64,000 bases of DNA from the human T2T-CHM13v2.0 reference genome, Homo sapiens: NCBI RefSeq assembly GCF_009914755.1, contig NC_060925.1. One strand, given 5' to 3'. Both the position numbers and the translations under genes were made by a program. Positions 58,862 through 64,000 of this stretch are shown piece by piece. Each line of letters starts with the position of its first letter. Position 1 is the stretch's first letter. Under the pieces are notes generated by a model. It saw only the letters and a program-made list of their open reading frames with translations, was not told the origin of the DNA and searched no databases.

Positions 58862-59457
58862 CCAATTAGTTTTAAAGACGCTGCATATATTGGCAGGGAA
58901 AACCTAGAACACAAAGTCAAACTTCCAATTATCTCCCTTCAGTGCTCAAATCAAGCGTTCATTTGTTGCAAGGAATGGGGATCTGGACTCCAGGGAGAAG
59001 AATAGAGTTTTAGAAGGAGAGTTCTCCTAAAACTAAATGGAAGGAGGGTTCTTTGAGATACCAAGGATTTGCAGGACTTTATTTACAATGAAATGTTAGT
59101 TTCAGACAGCCCAGGAGGAATAGGTCTATTAAAGGAAAGCAAGAGTAGTTGGCGTAAGGAAACAATTTGCATTGGAGCCTGAGAGTGAGTATAGTAATGA
59201 CCACATGAGAGACCCATTTGACTCAAGTACTTCAAAGCATTGCCAGTGTTAGTCTTTGCTCCACAATCAAGTGGGGAAAAAGTGAAATGTCTTTGAAGAG
59301 CATTTCCTGTAGGTGGCCTTTGAGGAGGTCCTGAAAATTCCAAACCTGCAAGTATTAATGGCAAAGAATAAAAATTTCTTTATGTAAAATACTTTTAAAA
59401 ATCTTTCTAAATAGCAAGACATTATATATTACCATTGTTAAAAGATAAACGAATTGA

Positions 59458-59786
<329 letters not shown>

Positions 59787-60138
59787 AAAAGGTCACTTTT
59801 TAAACTTAAAAATTATTAAGAAAACAGTGAAAACTTAATGTTTAAAAGAGTAGAAGATAGGGAAAATTATTACACAGAAAAAGATAAACAACAGAGAAAG
59901 ATAAATAAATTGCCAGTGACTATGTAAAAAGTTGCTCAGCACCAGTGGTAGTTCAAATCCAAATAGCACTGAGTTAGCATTTGTTAACTAATAAATTGGC
60001 AAAAATTATATTTTGATAAAACCCAGTGTTGTTGACATCCCAAGGAAAAGGGCTATGCTCACACAGCCTTGGAGCATGTGCACATTGATGATTTTTTTGG
60101 CATAAAAATTAGTGGTTTCTATTAAAATCAGCAGTGTA

Positions 60139-60593
60139 ATTCACAATCGCTAAGACATGGAATCAACCTAGGTGCCCATCAACTGTGGATTGGATAAAGA
60201 AAATATGGTACATATATGTCATGGAATACTTTGCAGCCATAAAAAAGAATAAAATCATGTCCTTTACAGCAACGTGGATGCAACTCGATGCCATTATGCT
60301 AAGCGAATTAACACAGGAATAGAAAACCAAATACCACATATTCTCACTTATAAGCAGGAGCTAAACATTGAGTACACGTGGACACAAAGATGGGAACAAT
60401 AGAAACTGGGGACTACTCGAGGGTAGAAGGAGGGAGGGGGTAAAGGTTGAAAAACAACTACTATGCCTAGTACCTGAGTGATCGGATCAATCATGCTGCA
60501 AACCTCAGCATTACACAACATACCCATGTAACAAACCTGCACATGTACCCACTGTATCTAAAATCAAAAGTTGAAATTATAAAAAATAAAAAA
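60139..60593 (+). mobile_element. Older primate L1 (L1PA15/16-like) 3' end with TSD
   Basis: ggaatcaacctaggtgcccatcaa...acccatgtaacaaacctgcacatgtacc followed by an A-tail. TSD taaaatca(g/a)ca(g/a)tgta at ~60123-60138 and ~60595-60610. Confidence 0.9.
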
Positions 60594-62976
60594 ATAAAAT
60601 CAACAATGTATATTTCTCTCACACAGCCATCACGATGATGTATTTGGAATAAGATATGCATAAGGATGTTCGTTGCAGTGTTGTCTGCAAGGGCAAAGTG
60701 AAAACAATCTGAATAACCAACAATATGACACAGAGTAAGTAATTATTGGTACGTCTGTACAATGCCTCATGCAATCACCACTGACAGCGTGGGAAAGAGA
60801 GACATCTATTATGAAAAGACCACTAAGACATATGATTACATGATAAGTGCAAGGTTCATGAATAAATAGCATGTATACTAGTATAGCATACTTCTTTCTA
60901 AGAAAGAAACCATAACACATACAAGAATGGACAAGAAGTTATTAACAATAGCTAACTTTGGTGATAAGACTGTAGGTTGTAAAAAGCCAGACTTTCATTT
61001 CTCATTTTAAACCCAATGAATTATTTAAATCTAACCCTACTGCATTCATTATCTTTATAATAAAATAAATATGTATAACAATGAAACATAGTTTTTAAGT
61101 ATTTGGGACATAAATTAAACATTAATAGATTACACCTCTTAAACTTGGTACTTTAGTATCCCATTTCTCTGTGAGAACTCTGAAAGCTTCATCTTCCACA
61201 GTTTAGGTAATTCTTTGGTGTCTTATTTTGTTATTTTCTTGCCCTGAGATTAGCAATGTCAGATCTCCAAACTGCTAACTCTTCTCTTTGGCAGATCAAA
61301 TGCTTCTTCTTAAAAAAATTAAGTTTTTAAAATGTATTTCATAGGATTTTTGTTCTCTCTCTCCCTCTTTTTGTGCATATGTGTGTGTGTCTGATTAGTC
61401 TTTATTATCTTAAAATGGTTAGTCCTGATAGACCTGTTTCTTCAAAATTTCTCTCAGTTCTTTGGCAGTTTGCTCTTAGCTTATAATTAAAGATCAATTT
61501 CTGACTTGTCTTGTTCTAGAAAACCTCAATGGAAATTACAGGAAGCTGAATCGGATATTAATTAAAAACATAAACCTGGTGAAACCCGAACATAGAGGCT
61601 CCAGTTCAAAGATGCTTCCAATAGTTGACATGGCCCTTCATTCCTTAAAACCAGCTATTTTTCTTTTGAATTACATTACCTTTAATTCTGTAAATTGGAT
61701 GTTATATAGTACCATGAAAACTGCTGTGAGTAATTATAATACTCATTGCTGAGTGATGTGACTTCTTTCTCAAGGCTATTTCTGAGGGAAATTGTACAAT
61801 TAGATCTTTAGGTATTGTGACTTGTTTTGGAAATCATGGTGGCCCTCCAGGGAGCTAATGAATCTTTAATTATTTAGAGGTTCACATGAGACCCCTTACA
61901 GATATAAGCACATTAGCTCTGTAGCTAAGGGAACATTTAAAAACAGTAACATGAAATGTGTCAGACATAGAGGAAAGATGAAGAAGCAAGTAGAAGCTAA
62001 TGCAAACAGAGGAACTGCCAGCTCTCTGTGGCACTCTAGCTCTCTCTGTCAGTATTTGGTTGGCAATGTAGACATAGTGGATGAGTGCAATTACATATGT
62101 TAGGCTCATTCTGAAATGCAGGAGCATTTTAGATTTTCATGTAGAAGCCTGACAAGCAAACTACATCTAGGATATACTTTGATAACTTTGAGTTGAGAGC
62201 CAAATTTTTTGAAGGTAAACCATCTCCCTGTTTTAAAGTAGTGTTTAAAATTATAAAAATTTTAATACATCTGTAATATAAAATATTTAGATATAACTAC
62301 TACAAGTGCAAATGAATTTTTTTTTTCTACTTCTGCATTCAACTTTTCTCTTCTCCCTTCAGGGAAAACACTTTTGTGTAAAGGCCTCCAAAATATATGT
62401 AGAGGCGTATGTATGTTAAAAACATGTATACATATAATGCATAACCAAACAAATGAAATATCCTAAACATATGGACCTGAAAATTGCTTATAATAAATTT
62501 GAACTGAACATATAGGCATAAATGTGGTTCAGAAGTGTCCAGTTGAAGCAACTTCACTTTGTTAGGTCAACAAAAGTTGGGGACACCAAGATCTACTCCT
62601 CTGATTTTGTTCTAGCATTATCTTAATGGAAATGTTTACTGAAATGGAAATACATGTAGTGGACATCGTGGTGGTGTCTCAAGCATTCAGTGTTCCCTGC
62701 TCTCACACACTCCTAACCAAATAATGAATTTCTCAGCTTCACAATGTTTAAGTGACATGAGTCCCATGCCCAATTCTTGGTCATTTTAATTGGTGCATGG
62801 AAGGAACGTGTGCCTTCTGCTAATCAAATCAGAATGAAGTACAACTTTTTCATTCCATGATTGAAGAGGGAAATGCCTTCTTTCCAAATGCAGCAGAGGA
62901 AGCACGAGGTACTAGGATTGGAAGTTGTCTACTCATGACATGATATTTTAAGCCATAGAATAAAACTGAGACCTAA

Positions 62977-63341
62977 TGTCTTAGTCCTTTCAGGTCGCTA
63001 TACCAGAATATCACAGCCTGGATGGTTTATGAACAACATAAATTTATTTCTTACAGTTCTAGAGGCCAGGAAGTCCAAGATCATGGTGTCAACAGATTCA
63101 GGGTCTAATGAGGATTTGTTTCCTGGTTCACAGACAGCTGTCTTTTTGCTGTGTCCTCACATGGAGGAAGGGGCAAGGAAGTTCTCTAAGGTCTCTTTTA
63201 TAAGGGCACTAATCCCATTCATGAGGGCTCTGTCCTCATGACCTAATCACCCCCCGAAGACCCACTGCCAAATATCATCACACTAGGGATTAGATTTAAA
63301 CATACAAATTTTGGGGGACTACAAACATTCAATCTATATCA
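62977..63341 (-). mobile_element. MLT1A-like MaLR LTR
   Basis: tgtcttagtcc...gaagtccaagatca...ataagggcactaatcccattcatgagggc...caaacattcaatctatatca. Confidence 0.85.
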
Positions 63342-64000
63342 CTTAAGGTAGAGTGAAGAAACAGGGAGGACAAGAAGCATTTATTTTGTGTCATTATTAA
63401 ACTTCTGCATTAAGCTATCTTGAGCCTATACTATTGTTCAAAATCTCTTTATTATACAAGCCATTTTGAATTTTGATTGTTTGCAACCAAAATTAACCTA
63501 ATAAGTTAAAATGTACTATAATGTTACATCATAATTTGTCTGTACTAGTAGTATTTGCTAGAGTGTTTAGGGGAATACTTGCTTGTTAACTTTTTAGTAA
63601 ATATAACACTCCATGTTCAAATACATTTGGGAAATGCTGAGCATTTCACACTTTTAGAGACTCAAAACAGGCAGCACATTTTTAAAAAATAAAAATAAAA
63701 CCAAATAGCATTGCATTTGGAGAATGGTACAAAAAAAGAGAATTTGATAAACCAGAGTTATCAGAACTCAGTGGATACTATGTGTTAGACATTATTATAA
63801 GCCATTAAACATTTTACAAGCTTGATACCTGAGTTAAAAATTAATAACCCAAAGACACATCAGAAGAGAAAAGTTGACATATTTTTATTATATTAATGAC
63901 CTAAAAATATCATAGCAACTAACGTCATTATAGTCAACAAGTGAATGAACGTAAATAATATTAAATAACTATTAGAAAGTCTCTCTGATTAAGCATGGAA

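Overview
Primate (human-like) genomic DNA, not microbial: Alu, L1, L2, MIR, Tigger/MER and ERV/MaLR repeats make up most of it. The window is a mosaic of pericentromeric-type segmental duplications. In order: (i) a duplicated KMT2C (MLL3) exon on the minus strand (10-129) plus intron; (ii) a diverged but CpG-rich processed NKAIN1 retrocopy (+, ~8341-9740); (iii) a ~1.3 kb GC-rich GCCGCGGCTTTTTGCCCC tandem array (17678-18990); (iv) a duplicated KSR1 exon 1 with ~2.8 kb of following sequence (~18990-22165); (v) a 3.4 kb (GAAAT)/(GAT) satellite with a ~0.9 kb higher-order period; (vi) an AT-rich block of old repeats that is oddly CpG-rich (~14.0-50.6 kb); (vii) ordinary repeat-rich DNA to the end. 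No intact canonical protein-coding gene, RNA gene or CRISPR array is visible, and almost all ORF-track entries are Alu, L1 or low-complexity artefacts. The best candidate for a new system is a chimeric minus-strand gene: an ORF on the antisense strand of the NKAIN1 retrocopy reaches a GT donor (8498) whose phase matches a cryptic acceptor inside the KMT2C exon (81-82), giving an in-frame fusion. Gene identities and repeat subfamily names come from my recall of parent and consensus sequences, not from a database search.
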